The notes beneath the pieces are model-generated. The model worked only from the letters and a program-made list of their open reading frames with translations. It made no database searches and had not been told where the DNA came from. Source: a virus (taxonomy: Duplodnaviria; Heunggongvirae; Uroviricota; Caudoviricetes). From it: 43,688 nucleotides of DNA. Both the position numbers and the translations under genes were made by a program. The stretch is taken from the IMG/VR virus record IMGVR_UViG_2526164631_000038. One strand, given 5' to 3'. Positions 19,788 through 29,716 of the stretch are shown one piece after another; positions within the stretch are counted from its first letter, which is position 1, and the number at the start of each line of letters is the position of its first letter.

Positions 19788-21105
19788 TCTCGATGTCCTC
19801 GTCGGTAATGGATGCCCCGATGCCGGTTACGTCAGAATTTTCGCGCAAATCAGTCATAGCGGCTTTCAGTGTCATCAGACCATCACCCAGCGCCGTACTG
19901 ATTGCGTTGGTAGTGTTTAACGCCACCGTTGAGCGATCGACATCAGACATTTGCCAGAGCGGGTTAAACTCAAACGTGAAATCGTCCGGCAGCGGCTTGC
20001 CAAGCTCCGAACGATGCATGATGTCCAGTATCCGCCGCACCGGAAGACGTAAACGCCTCTCCTGTAACGAGCTTACCCGGTCGTAATAGTTGGCAAGGTC
20101 TGCATCGCCGGTAGAAAATCCTTTCGGGGACTGTCCGAACAACCGCACCAGTGGGATACCAACAGCGCCACTAATCTGTTCTGCAAACTGCGAAAGGATG
20201 TCATCCAGACCACTGAAGCTGTACTGATGCGTTTCAAACTTATCCCGCGAGTCCATGAGTGTCATACCTTCATTGCTCTGGAACTGTCGAATCAGGTCGA
20301 TATTCTTCAGCAACGCTTCATACGCAGGACCACCAAGTGCGATAAGCTCGCGTAGCTTCTCCACGCTGTAGGTGCGCAGATGCGCCTTGTAGACCAGCTG
20401 CGCCGCGCCGACAGTAGCGCTGTCGAACGCGGTAAGACGATCCCAGATACGCTCTACAACCGACATTCCCCATTCGTTCTCGGTCATCTTCTGCTGAAAT
20501 GGCAGCGTGACGCCATCAAAGCGAATCAGGCGACTGTGATGAATGCGCCAGGCAGGAATTCCCGTTGCTGTGGTCACCACATCGTAAAACTCAGGTTTAC
20601 CCAGGTCCGGCCCCATATCTTTAATGCGGCGGGTCAGTACCGGGTCGATCATCCAGCGGTCGAGCGGGAGAATCCCCTTAAACTTGCCCTTACCGATGGT
20701 TTCGGGTCGCAGCGGGGTCATTGGTGCCTGCCCCTCAATCATGATGAAACCCACCGCGCCGCCGTAGAGGCGCGACCATTTCAGCACGTCATTCAGCGCA
20801 TCCCAGATTTGCAACTCATCCAGTTGTGATTCGAGAATGCCACGATCTTTTGCATCAATTTCCGACGTGATGCGAATGCCTTTGCGGGTCATATCATCCG
20901 GGATAGCATCGACTGCTTCGCCGATGATCCAGGATGAACGATAGGACCATTCCACCAGCATGCGGTTACGACTGGTGAAATTAGCCCGGTAGGTGGATGC
21001 TGAGTGCTGGTTAGGTGTCTGCATCCCTACGCGGGCAATAAAATTCTCATAACCATCAGCTGTGGCCTGCGCAGTTCGCCGCAGGGCTTGTTTGTTTCGT
21101 GCCAT
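19639..21105 (-). CDS. portal protein
   Basis: 488-aa ORF immediately downstream of the large terminase, translationally coupled. Confidence 0.7.
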   Translation of the reverse strand: MARNKQALRRTAQATADGYENFIARVGMQTPNQHSASTYRANFTSRNRMLVEWSYRSSWIIGEAVDAIPDDMTRKGIRITSEIDAKDRGILESQLDELQIWDALNDVLKWSRLYGGAVGFIMIEGQAPMTPLRPETIGKGKFKGILPLDRWMIDPVLTRRIKDMGPDLGKPEFYDVVTTATGIPAWRIHHSRLIRFDGVTLPFQQKMTENEWGMSVVERIWDRLTAFDSATVGAAQLVYKAHLRTYSVEKLRELIALGGPAYEALLKNIDLIRQFQSNEGMTLMDSRDKFETHQYSFSGLDDILSQFAEQISGAVGIPLVRLFGQSPKGFSTGDADLANYYDRVSSLQERRLRLPVRRILDIMHRSELGKPLPDDFTFEFNPLWQMSDVDRSTVALNTTNAISTALGDGLMTLKAAMTDLRENSDVTGIGASITDEDIENAEDEAPPGIGESDDEPQEPSGGNPLSNQPTQDSAGGRRHRKWSLRWFK

Positions 21106-22727
21106 CAGGCCTGTCTCCCTAGCAGCTCCCAGATGTTCAGGGCTGAATTCATTGGGGCATAGTTGATCATCACCGAGTCGGCAAGGTTTGGCGATCGGGT
21201 TCCATCAGGCTGTTTATCAATAACGATTTTTCCCACACCATTAATGGAATAGGTCGGCTGCGAAAGCTCGATGATGAGTTTATCTTTGAGTGCCATGCTA
21301 CTGCTGATTGAGATGATTTCGTCCGGGTTGTAAGCCATACCTTCAACCACGGCGCGCCAGGTATTCTGAAAAAGTTTACGTAACCGCCACCAGCTCTGGG
21401 CTTTGGCGTTAGCGAAGAAGTCCTTGTTCAGACGTGCGGCTTGCCCGTTGTCCCCGCGAACAGCTTCATCATCCGGATCAAATACCGCGCCACTACCTCG
21501 AAACGGTGTGGCAAGTATTGACGGTCGACGCGCAGCGTTACGCAGTTCGTTGATAGCGCGTGCATCGCCGCGAACGCCAGCGCCCAGCCCGTCCTCGTCA
21601 AAGCGAAACTCTTCGAGGTTGTCCTGTTCGCAAAAGCCGAAAACCTTCTCGACGGACTGATAAATGTCGCTGCCCACACCGGACCATTCCCGCACATTTT
21701 CCAGGAGGAAGCCATGACGGGTGGAAAAGGCATTTTTGTCCCTGCCTTCGTCGGCGACATCCATCGCGCCAAGTCGTTTGCCTGTTGGCTGGATACCCAG
21801 TTTGATATGCGCATCAACGGCAGCCTGTACCCATTCGGATGGAATCAGAACGCCTTCCGCTGATGCGCTGTAGTTCAGATCAAGTTCCTGTGCCACCACC
21901 ACCGGATTATCGATTTTCTCGCATTCCCTGCGATACCACTCTTCATCCTTGCGAGGATCATCCCGCCAGTGGAATGTGAATACCGGTATCTTCCCGCCAT
22001 GACGCTTCTGAGCGAACGGGTTAGCCATGCCGTTAACTGAACTCAGGTCGATACGGCAACGCGTCGTTTGTGACAACGCCGCATCAATCAGCAGAGGACG
22101 CTGAAGGAATGCAGCCTCATCAACCAGATAAAGCGTGGTACGGTCACCACGACCAATATTATCGCCAGCCTCGCCTTTGATAACGGCACCAGTTTCAGGA
22201 AACTCAACACGCATATATGGCGCGTGCTTCTTCTCGCTCCACGAACCGCGAAACTCTACAGGTAGCGTTTCCACGAACTTGCGTGCCTTCCAGAACAATG
22301 CTTTCGGGTCACCGGTGCTGTCGACGTATTCCTCTTTACGGGAGCCGAAACCGATAACCATTTCTTTGTTGAAGAGACAAAGCGAGCAGGCCAGTCCGAT
22401 CGCGGTCCAACTGAGCCCCATTTCACGGGATTTTTCGGTAATACCATTCTCCCGATTGCCCCAGCGTTCCATAATCCAGTGGATCCACTCCTCCTGCTTA
22501 GGGAAGAGTAAAAACGGAATGGTCACCGGCAGGCCATAATCAATATTACGCGGGTCCGTTGTCATGCCCCAGTCGATGATGAACTGAGCCGGATTGGTTC
22601 GGTAAAACTGCTTCAATACGGGCAATATTTCAGGATTCTGGCGAATGCGCTGTAGGCGTTCCATCCGCCATTCAAAAACCATCTGGTAATCAGGATGTTT
22701 AAAATCGAAGGGGAATGGTAACGGCAT
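21105..22727 (-). CDS. terminase large subunit
   Basis: 540-aa ORF with N-terminal ATPase and C-terminal nuclease-like halves; Walker-like region; follows the small subunit gene. Confidence 0.8.
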   Translation of the reverse strand: MPLPFPFDFKHPDYQMVFEWRMERLQRIRQNPEILPVLKQFYRTNPAQFIIDWGMTTDPRNIDYGLPVTIPFLLFPKQEEWIHWIMERWGNRENGITEKSREMGLSWTAIGLACSLCLFNKEMVIGFGSRKEEYVDSTGDPKALFWKARKFVETLPVEFRGSWSEKKHAPYMRVEFPETGAVIKGEAGDNIGRGDRTTLYLVDEAAFLQRPLLIDAALSQTTRCRIDLSSVNGMANPFAQKRHGGKIPVFTFHWRDDPRKDEEWYRRECEKIDNPVVVAQELDLNYSASAEGVLIPSEWVQAAVDAHIKLGIQPTGKRLGAMDVADEGRDKNAFSTRHGFLLENVREWSGVGSDIYQSVEKVFGFCEQDNLEEFRFDEDGLGAGVRGDARAINELRNAARRPSILATPFRGSGAVFDPDDEAVRGDNGQAARLNKDFFANAKAQSWWRLRKLFQNTWRAVVEGMAYNPDEIISISSSMALKDKLIIELSQPTYSINGVGKIVIDKQPDGTRSPNLADSVMINYAPMNSALNIWELLGRQA

Positions 22728-22729
22728 AC

Positions 22730-23281
22730 TTAGCCCATCATTTTTCTATACGCCTCTGCAGCCTGCTCCGGCGTTAAGTTGGTAATTTCTGTTCTGACTG
22801 GTCCTCCATCAGCGCCAGTCACTTCATTTTTGACGTTGTCTTTAAACGCCTGAACAGAAACATGACGCCCAAGCAACTCAAGGTTTTTAACCTTATCAGG
22901 CCATTTGATTTTCTTCAGAAGTGCGGCGCTATCTGCGGATACCATCTCCACGACATCCATTCCTGATAGCGTTGTGCGCCATACCTTAGGCCAGTCTTTA
23001 ATGGGCTTTAGCTCACCGTTTTGCAGGAGAATGTCGAGCACATCCATCTGGTCGATTTCAATAAGGCGATTAAGTACATATTCTGCATTAATACCAACAA
23101 GATCATTGCGTTGCGCTTTCAGTTCAGCGATTCTGAATTGTATGTCAGGTTTTGACAGGTTTTCGGATGCGGTACGGTTAGCTGTCTTTGCGCTGTACCC
23201 CGCCCGAATAGCCGCTTGCGTGGCGTTTAAATCGATGAGGTACTCGCGACAGAACATTTCTTGCTTGTCGGTGAGTGCCAT
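22730..23281 (-). CDS. terminase small subunit
   Basis: 183 aa; N-terminal [30 protein letters not shown] motif characteristic of small terminases. Confidence 0.7.
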   Translation of the reverse strand: MALTDKQEMFCREYLIDLNATQAAIRAGYSAKTANRTASENLSKPDIQFRIAELKAQRNDLVGINAEYVLNRLIEIDQMDVLDILLQNGELKPIKDWPKVWRTTLSGMDVVEMVSADSAALLKKIKWPDKVKNLELLGRHVSVQAFKDNVKNEVTGADGGPVRTEITNLTPEQAAEAYRKMMG

Positions 23282-23416
23282 TGATATACCTGAGGAAATT
23301 ATGAAGCTTCGCGTTGCATTTCATCGATAACTTTTGGCGTCATCGGCTGATGCGCATATTTACGTTCAATCTCTGCAAAAATCCCGTTCATCGTTTCGCT
23401 GTCTGGTGGGATAACT

Positions 23417-23692
23417 TTAACGTTTAATCGTGCCATTGGTTTGTGCTGCCCTGTTTTTCTCAAAAGCCCTGATATCAGCCTTATCCCTGTTGCACTGTGC
23501 TAACGCTGACAACAACGCAACATTCAGGTTAAGGCTAGCTCCCCACGTAAACGGGTCGGGTAAATCTGGCTGGGGTGTTTCATCCGTCAGACTGGCTGGT
23601 AACGGAACGACCGGCACCGACACGTATACCGTTCGCGTATTCGTGCAACCGCTTAACTGCGCCAGAAGGAACGATACGAACAGCGCAATCAT
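23417..23692 (-). CDS. o-spanin (Rz1-like outer-membrane lipoprotein)
   Basis: From MIALFVSFLLAQLSGCT (lipobox LSGC), Pro-rich mature part; overlaps the Rz ORF in another frame. Confidence 0.6.
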   Translation of the reverse strand: MIALFVSFLLAQLSGCTNTRTVYVSVPVVPLPASLTDETPQPDLPDPFTWGASLNLNVALLSALAQCNRDKADIRAFEKNRAAQTNGTIKR

Positions 23693-23972
23693 CACCCGAA
23701 ACAGCCACTTTGATATCTTCCTGGGTTCTCTGTGACTCCAGTGCGATCTGCTGTTTTGCATGCTGGTTAGCCTCTATAACTGTATTGATGATTTGCAGAG
23801 ATTGCAGGACGTTACTGGTAATGGCTGTTGCAGATTCAGCATTTCGTACAGCCTCATCAGCACGCTCCTTTTCGTGCTGATATTTGCTGTAGTAATGCCC
23901 GGCAGACCAGATAAAAGAACCGATGACGGTAACAAAGAAGGCAACAATAACCAGCTTATATCTCAGCTTCAT
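23580..23972 (-). CDS. i-spanin (Rz-like)
   Basis: 130 aa with N-terminal TM helix and coiled-coil periplasmic part; immediately after the endolysin. Confidence 0.6.
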   Translation of the reverse strand: MKLRYKLVIVAFFVTVIGSFIWSAGHYYSKYQHEKERADEAVRNAESATAITSNVLQSLQIINTVIEANQHAKQQIALESQRTQEDIKVAVSGDDCAVRIVPSGAVKRLHEYANGIRVGAGRSVTSQSDG

Positions 23973-24432
23973 TTACCACCCCACCCGCTTCTTTAAATCG
24001 GGCAATCAGGTCACCGATTCTATGTTCATACTGACCGTAACCAGCCCCCGGCAACGAAGCCCAGATATTGCTGCAACGGTCGATTGCCTGACGAATATCG
24101 CCGCGGTCAATCATCGGTAAAGCGCCACGCTCTTTAATCTGCTGCAGCGCTACAGCATCCTGGCTTTCTGGAGAAAAATCTTTCAGGCCAAGTTGCTTGC
24201 GGTAGGCATCCCACCAGCGTGAAAGAAGCTGGTAGCGACCGGCTGCTGTTGATTTGAGTTTGAGGTTTAGCGTGACAAGTTTGCGGGGGTGATCGGAGTA
24301 ATCAGTGAACAGTTCGCCACCGACAATAACATCATAACCGTGATTTCTGGTTTTCTGCCGTCCGTTATCTGTTCCTTCTGACCATGCCACCATATCAAGG
24401 AAAGCTTTACGCTGGGAATTCAGTGTCTGCAT
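23956..24432 (-). CDS. endolysin, lambda R-type lytic transglycosylase
   Basis: Translation nearly identical to lambda R as recalled (NQRKAFLDMLAWSEGTDNGRQKTRNHGYDVIVGGELFTDYSDHP...). Confidence 0.9.
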   Translation of the reverse strand: MQTLNSQRKAFLDMVAWSEGTDNGRQKTRNHGYDVIVGGELFTDYSDHPRKLVTLNLKLKSTAAGRYQLLSRWWDAYRKQLGLKDFSPESQDAVALQQIKERGALPMIDRGDIRQAIDRCSNIWASLPGAGYGQYEHRIGDLIARFKEAGGVVNEAEI

Positions 24433-24435
24433 TAA

Positions 24436-24786
24436 TTACTCCTTATGGGCACCGAACTTGTTACCGATGACCCTCATTGCCGCACCACGAATAGCATCAA
24501 CACCAATCAGCCCCACCCCACCACCAATGGCAACAGAAAGTGATTTAGGCCATCCGACATACTCAAGCGCGGATGCAAAGGTCAGCGTCAGAGCACCACA
24601 AAGCAGAATCTCAAGCGTTTTTCGTTTCCAGCCGCCGCCACCGCCAAAATAGGCAATGCGCAAACCAGCCATAATAATTGACATAACCACTGCACCCAGC
24701 GGCGTATCTCCACGCCACCAACTTTGTAAGAGTTCCAGTAAGTCAGGCCAGGAATGAGGGGCATTGTGCATTTTCATAAGCCTCAC
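24436..24786 (-). CDS. holin
   Basis: 116 aa with two to three TM segments and a charged C-terminus; first gene of the lysis cassette; N-terminus MRLMKM offers three start codons. Confidence 0.6.
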   Translation of the reverse strand: MRLMKMHNAPHSWPDLLELLQSWWRGDTPLGAVVMSIIMAGLRIAYFGGGGGWKRKTLEILLCGALTLTFASALEYVGWPKSLSVAIGGGVGLIGVDAIRGAAMRVIGNKFGAHKE

Positions 24787-24873
24787 CTCCGAGAGTTCGG
24801 ATGGTGCTAAGTGTAAGATTCAGGCTCTCAGGCTTGCTAACAAGAAGTCGAGGATGTTTCCGGAGCCTAACAA

Positions 24874-24900
24874 CGAAAAAGCCCCGGGACATGCCGGGGC
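24874..24900 (-). terminator. rho-independent terminator between the cargo gene and the holin
   Basis: Minus-strand hairpin GCCCCGGCATGTCCCGGGGC followed by TTTTTCG. Confidence 0.5.
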
Positions 24901-24995
24901 CAGATGGAGTGCCAGATTAAGCTTCTGGCGGTATATACTCGTGTTTGATATCGTTAAATCGCCAAAAGTAACAATTCAAACAAAGAGGATTTTTA

Positions 24996-25156
24996 TGTCT
25001 GAAAAAAACAAGCCACAAGGTGAAAATAAACCTCAGCAACCCGTGGCACCAAAACCAACTCCAACACAAAGTACTGCGGACTTTGCTACACGTCGTGTTT
25101 TTGTTGGAGATTCTGCCGACTCAGTCATTGAACATATAAAAAAACAGCCGAGATAA
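24996..25156 (+). CDS. small hypothetical protein (53 aa)
   Basis: ATG at 24996 preceded by AGAGGA; MSEKNKPQGENKPQQPVAPKPTPTQS...; convergent with the membrane-protein gene and overlapping its 3' end. Confidence 0.3.
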
Positions 25157-25694
25157 ACATCGCCGCTACCGGAGCAAGGATGGTATACATCCTTGCTTTA
25201 TCGAGACTCGTGCGGATTTTCTCATTTTCCAACAGTAACTCTCTTGCTGTATCACTCAAGTCAACAAGGCGATACCTTCGTATAAGCGGCAATAACTTAT
25301 CAGGTCCTAAATATCCTGCATCAGCGAATATTTTAAAGCTCGAGGGCTCCATATCCTTATATTTTTCATGATATAGATGATCAGGAGGGGCATTGATCAG
25401 GCCCCTAACCTTCACAGATAAACCAGTACATACCAAGTAAATGGCGCACCATGTCCATAGTAATGTAAATGTGGTAATTCCGGCGGTGAGAAAATCGAAA
25501 TTAGTTTTCTGTGTCAGCAATAAAAAAGATGAGCCAATTCCAACAATCTGAATGTTCAGAAGTTTGTATCCATTCTCAACATTGGTTTTGTTAGAAAGAT
25601 GAATCTCTCGTATCGTCTCTTCCCCTTGTTTTTCAAGATAATCGACGAGCTCATCATCTACTCCTAAAAAATAATCTTTAGGTAGTTCTCTCAT
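25125..25694 (-). CDS. membrane protein of unknown function (cargo gene at the stx-equivalent position)
   Basis: 189 aa, strong GGAGGTGA Shine-Dalgarno, AT-rich; hydrophobic segments (IVGIGSSFLLLTQ, TFTLLWTWCAIYLVCTGL, ILAPVAAMFISAVFLYV); lies between tR' and the lysis genes. Confidence 0.65.
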   Translation of the reverse strand: MRELPKDYFLGVDDELVDYLEKQGEETIREIHLSNKTNVENGYKLLNIQIVGIGSSFLLLTQKTNFDFLTAGITTFTLLWTWCAIYLVCTGLSVKVRGLINAPPDHLYHEKYKDMEPSSFKIFADAGYLGPDKLLPLIRRYRLVDLSDTARELLLENEKIRTSLDKARMYTILAPVAAMFISAVFLYVQ

Positions 25695-25802
25695 CTCACC
25701 TCCACATCCTGTACTGAAAACAATTTTACCAGAATGTCTCGATTCTAGGTATTCCGCCAGGAATCGCGCTCCAGAAATGAAACATCAGGTTCGCCAGTAC
25801 CA

Positions 25803-25831
25803 GAAACAACAAAACCCGCTCAATGGCGGGT
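25803..25831 (-). terminator. tR'-like terminator downstream of Q
   Basis: Minus-strand hairpin ACCCGCCATTGAGCGGGT followed by TTTTGTTGTTTCTG, about 85 bp downstream of the Q stop. Confidence 0.5.
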
Positions 25832-25915
25832 TCTGGTAAAGTTCATGCGCTTGGTTCGCCTCGCGATACAGCTTTGCGAAGCATACCGGAATTGAAGCAG
25901 TTTATGCGTAAAAAA

Positions 25916-26458
25916 TCAAGCTATTTTTTGAGCAAATGATTCTCGCATGGGAATATATAGGGCATACTCAGCAACAGCCAACCAATTAGCAATTCGCTTT
26001 TCGCATGTGCTAAAACACCACTCAGGATGTGCATCATTTAGCAATTCAGCCATTTTGCGCTTAGTCATCCCCCGTCCTTCATACCGTTGCCGGAGGACAC
26101 TAATCAATCCAGGATGCTCTGCCAGCACCTCACTTATGACTCTATCAATACATAACGCCTCTGCATCAGTACAATGCGCCAGCCAGGTCTTTTGCTTGCC
26201 ATTGATCATCTCTCGCAAAAACGCTTCCAGCTCAGGTTTCTCTATTCCCGCTTTTTTCATCCTGCGCAGGGCTTCATTGACGGCTGTTTTCGTCAATTTT
26301 TTGGATGCCAGCAACTGGTTAAACATATTTCCCGTCTTACCGCCGCCAATATACGACCAGCGCCCCCACATGCGCAGTTTTCCCTGAATCCAGACACTTT
26401 CCAGCGTGGTGAGACGAAGGTGTTCCCCGCTTTTGCCTGTATTTGTTGGGTAAATCAT
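25916..26458 (-). CDS. late-gene antiterminator Q
   Basis: 180 aa from MIYPTNTGK (GGAAGG Shine-Dalgarno); positioned after ybcO/ybcN-like genes and before tR' and lysis genes. Confidence 0.6.
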   Translation of the reverse strand: MIYPTNTGKSGEHLRLTTLESVWIQGKLRMWGRWSYIGGGKTGNMFNQLLASKKLTKTAVNEALRRMKKAGIEKPELEAFLREMINGKQKTWLAHCTDAEALCIDRVISEVLAEHPGLISVLRQRYEGRGMTKRKMAELLNDAHPEWCFSTCEKRIANWLAVAEYALYIPMRESFAQKIA

Positions 26459-26745
26459 AAATAACCTTCCTTTCTCCAGATTTCTTGTGTGCGAAAAACA
26501 CCTTCTGCATACATCAGGCGTAATTCTTCTTTGGTGTAATCGCTGGTTTTTACCCGCCCGTCGATTAAATCGTGGCATGAGCTACAGGCAATCGCTGCCT
26601 GCATATCGTGTGGTTTTGTCGCTGTTCCGCACGTCCCCGCCAGCCTGTAATGCGCCAGCACAGAAGTTTCGGGATTGTGATTGCAGTAGCCAGGGATTCT
26701 GACCTGGCACATCTGGCCCCGCGCTGCTTTACGTAAACTCACCAT
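26455..26745 (-). CDS. YbcO-like protein with Cys cluster
   Basis: LRKAARGQMCQVRIPGYCNHNPETSVLAHYRL...IACSSCHDLID resembles DLP12 YbcO as recalled. Confidence 0.65.
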   Translation of the reverse strand: MVSLRKAARGQMCQVRIPGYCNHNPETSVLAHYRLAGTCGTATKPHDMQAAIACSSCHDLIDGRVKTSDYTKEELRLMYAEGVFRTQEIWRKEGYL

Positions 26746-27344
26746 TACGCAAACTCCAGTAGCTGCGCGGCCACATTTTCGACTTCCTCCGGAGAGGAAA
26801 ATTTACGGAACAGGATCCAGTTCCACAGCACATTCAGTACAGATTTATAAACCTGCTGAAACTCGGTTTCGTCCATGTTCGCAAATGCGATAGATTTTGC
26901 CCTGCGCCCGCGGCTACCGTCTGGATAAATATGCTCGGTGTAAAATCCGGCCTGAATGGTTACCCACTCGCGGAAAGCCTCAAACGACTTTAGCAATGCC
27001 GTATCCCGGGTTCTGCGTGTCGCAACTGTATTCAGATATTGCTCTGCGGCTTCGCTCAGAGCTGGCGTATGTTCCCGACCTACTGATTCGCACAGGTACT
27101 CAACGAAGCCTGATACCAGTTCTCGTTCTCGAGGCGTGATCACCCCACCGCTCGGAGTCCAGTAATCGAATCCCAGTTGCAGGAGTTTGAAAAAACGCTT
27201 GTGAAATGCGTAGTTACGCACACGCTTAAAGTCTGCGTGTATCCACTCACCTATTTTGATTTGATGCAAAAAATCGCAACTCTCCGGCGTCGCCGGGAGA
27301 AGTAATCCGGAAGAGGTTTGTTTGACCAGTTGTATATGCGCCAT
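26745..27344 (-). CDS. YbcN-like protein
   Basis: 199-aa ORF upstream of the ybcO-like gene, same order as DLP12 ybcN-ybcO-Q; similarity recalled, not searched. Confidence 0.55.
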   Translation of the reverse strand: MAHIQLVKQTSSGLLLPATPESCDFLHQIKIGEWIHADFKRVRNYAFHKRFFKLLQLGFDYWTPSGGVITPRERELVSGFVEYLCESVGREHTPALSEAAEQYLNTVATRRTRDTALLKSFEAFREWVTIQAGFYTEHIYPDGSRGRRAKSIAFANMDETEFQQVYKSVLNVLWNWILFRKFSSPEEVENVAAQLLEFA

Positions 27345-27415
27345 CGTAGTTCTCCGCTGGCGCAGTAGAATGGGTGTTCAGCCCGTTATGTAGTATACCA
27401 GAATTAATGCCAATA

Positions 27416-27667
27416 CTAACATGATGCTCTGACTCGCAATTCATCCAGCAGTTTATCATTTCCCATAATGTCACTTACCCTCATCGGTAAAAAAATTGCC
27501 TTTCGACCATTACGATACATCATTGATTTTGGGGTTTCAGGGAAGTAATCCATTTCGACTATAACTGACAGGTCATCACGACGTATGACTGCGTATTTGC
27601 TACTAAATAGTCTCTTTATTTTTTCCACGATGCCTCCAGGTTTATAAGTACAAACGGTTATATCCAC
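27416..27667 (-). CDS. hypothetical small protein (doubtful)
   Basis: 83-aa ORF whose first codon is GTG without a Shine-Dalgarno; AT-rich. Confidence 0.25.
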   Translation of the reverse strand: MDITVCTYKPGGIVEKIKRLFSSKYAVIRRDDLSVIVEMDYFPETPKSMMYRNGRKAIFLPMRVSDIMGNDKLLDELRVRASC

Positions 27668-27810
27668 ATAGAGACAAAAATATTAATCTGAAAAATATTT
27701 ATTTCACGCCGTATATTTGATTGTTTAATGTGCAGGTACAATGACTTTTATTTTTTGTTGTGTATATAATCAAATATATGGTTATTTTTCACCCTGCGCA
27801 TTCAGCGCGC

Positions 27811-27834
27811 AACAAAAAACCCGCCGAAGCGGGT
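27811..27834 (-). terminator. rho-independent terminator of the hok transcript
   Basis: Minus-strand hairpin CCCGCTTCGGCGGG followed by TTTTTTGTTG, about 70 nt after the hok stop. Confidence 0.7.
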
Positions 27835-27905
27835 TAAGTGCGGGTGCGTTGAGGATGCCTGACACATCAGAGGTGGCGGGAGATTACTCTCCCGCCTAGT
27901 CACTC

Positions 27906-28061
27906 TTACTTCTCAGATTCGTAGTCCACGAAGACAGCAACCTCCGTCTGGCCGGTTCGGATTCGTACCTCGCAGAGGTCTTTCCTCGTTACCAGTGCCG
28001 TCACTATGACGGTTAAACAGATGACGATAAGGGCGATTAACATCGCCTTTTGCTGCTTCAT
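27906..28061 (-). CDS. hok: Hok/Gef-family membrane toxin
   Basis: 51 aa MKQQKAMLIALIVICLTVIVTALVTRKDLCEVRIRTGQTEVAVFVDYESEK, nearly identical to HokD/RelF as recalled. Confidence 0.85.
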   Translation of the reverse strand: MKQQKAMLIALIVICLTVIVTALVTRKDLCEVRIRTGQTEVAVFVDYESEK

Positions 28062-28618
28062 AGCCTGCTTCTCCTTGCCTTTCGGCACGTAAGAGGCTAA
28101 CCTACATTTGTGAGACATAGATTGGGCCTCAGATTAATGTTAAGCGTCTTGTAGGACGCGTAATGTTAACTGGGGCTTTTCTCTATCTGCCTTTTGGTGT
28201 TCATGCCTGAGGCAGATAGCCTCAAGCACCCGCAGCAATTCTAACTATCCAATAGATCAATGCCAACTTCTTTTCCTGCAACATCTCTCATCATAAGTGA
28301 CCAAAATTCATCCAATCAGCACAAAAGAAACATTTAAAGCGTGAATGCTACCGAACGTTCATTTCAATTACATCGTTTTGATTTTTAACAGTTTTTACCT
28401 CAACAAATCAAATGGCATTAGCATTCATCATGGAAGAAAGACTGATAAAAATGATCATTTTCAATGACTTATGATCACACCGGGTATTGCCAAGTCATTC
28501 CTTTTACGCCAGGATACCCACAAGTGAGTAGTCGAGGAGAGTTTGCCAATTTTTGCGATATAAATTTCAATGTCCGAAGAACCATTAATTGTTAATTGAT
28601 TCTGTATAAGGTATTAAC

Positions 28619-29716
28619 ATGACAATTTCATATATTCCTATTCTGAAAGCGAAACGTTCTGAGTTATCAGCTTTATCGCAGCTATCCATTGAAAAGAAAT
28701 CAAAAATTTTGCCATTACTCGAAATTGAACCAGTGCCAATTGACCCTGATTCAGGTATTGCCTTAAAGAGTTATAACGAGACTCTTATAGAGTTCGGAAA
28801 GAAAGTCTCAAAATCTTGCTCAGATATGCAAGGTGTTTATATTGATGGATTATTAATTGAAGAGCATTTTATTTCTCCTGAAGATCATTACCCTATAATA
28901 AATGCGGTTAATCAAGTTAGAGATATGGGGATAAGAGTTATTCCTGTCAGTTCACCAACTCGCCCATCTAACTATAAAGGAGCGATTGATGAATTAATGC
29001 AGAATGAAATATGCTTGAGATTAACCACGTTAGATCTGGTTAACCCACAATTAATAACGCATTACATTAATCATCTGGGAATTCCTTTATCAAATATTGA
29101 TATAATTATTGACTTAAGAGATGAGTTAACCGAGGATAAACTTAATTCCGGCGAACTATATACTTTGGCAATGGGATTGATAAACAATCTGGCGCACCTC
29201 AATGAATACAGAAAAGTGATTCTTTCTGGGGGTTCATTTCCTACAGATCTCAGTGATATTTCTGTTGGTCTATATTCTCAACCTCGAATCGAGTGGATTT
29301 TATGGCAGAGTTTAATGAATAGAAAAGAACTTGCCAGAAATGTGATTTATAGTGATTATGGAGTACAGCACCCCGACTTTAATAGGCTTTCGACGCGATT
29401 CCCTAGCGTATCTGCCAGCGTCAGATACTCTGGAGATAATGACTTTTGGGTATTTCGAGGAAGAGTAGCTAATCGCTTTGGTTATGAACAATATGGTAAA
29501 CATAGTGAGGATATTCTTGCTCATCGAGAATATTCAGGGCCTACATTCTGTGCGGGAGATAGAGACATAGAATATTATGCAAACGAGTATCAAGCCTACA
29601 AAGCCAATCCCTCTGGTAACTATAAATTTGGTAGCCCAGAGGTATGGCGTAGGATTGGGCAAAACCATCACATAACTAAGGTTGTTGAGCAACTCGCCAC
29701 TCTTTACGGGCTTTAA
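28619..29716 (+). CDS. uncharacterised 365-aa protein, Beta-protein / sce7725-like; first gene of a candidate defence pair
   Basis: Translation MTISYIPILKAKRSELSAL... recalled as the N-terminal signature of the Beta_protein / sce7725 family (recalled, uncertain); AT-rich; 500-bp leader; 3' end overlaps the convergent partner. Confidence 0.75.
   Translation: MTISYIPILKAKRSELSALSQLSIEKKSKILPLLEIEPVPIDPDSGIALKSYNETLIEFGKKVSKSCSDMQGVYIDGLLIEEHFISPEDHYPIINAVNQVRDMGIRVIPVSSPTRPSNYKGAIDELMQNEICLRLTTLDLVNPQLITHYINHLGIPLSNIDIIIDLRDELTEDKLNSGELYTLAMGLINNLAHLNEYRKVILSGGSFPTDLSDISVGLYSQPRIEWILWQSLMNRKELARNVIYSDYGVQHPDFNRLSTRFPSVSASVRYSGDNDFWVFRGRVANRFGYEQYGKHSEDILAHREYSGPTFCAGDRDIEYYANEYQAYKANPSGNYKFGSPEVWRRIGQNHHITKVVEQLATLYGL

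Noticed and set aside
24764-25156. 130-aa plus-strand ORF overlapping the holin 5' end
   Set aside because: Most of it covers the holin start and a terminator hairpin; only the distal part from the ATG at 24996 has a plausible ribosome-binding site, and even that is low confidence.
28061-28118. In-frame 70-aa extended hok ORF starting at the ATG at 28118 (through 28061) as the real toxin
   Set aside because: Hok-family toxins are about 50 aa and the 51-aa form aligns end to end with HokD/RelF; the extension may instead correspond to mok-like upstream translation.
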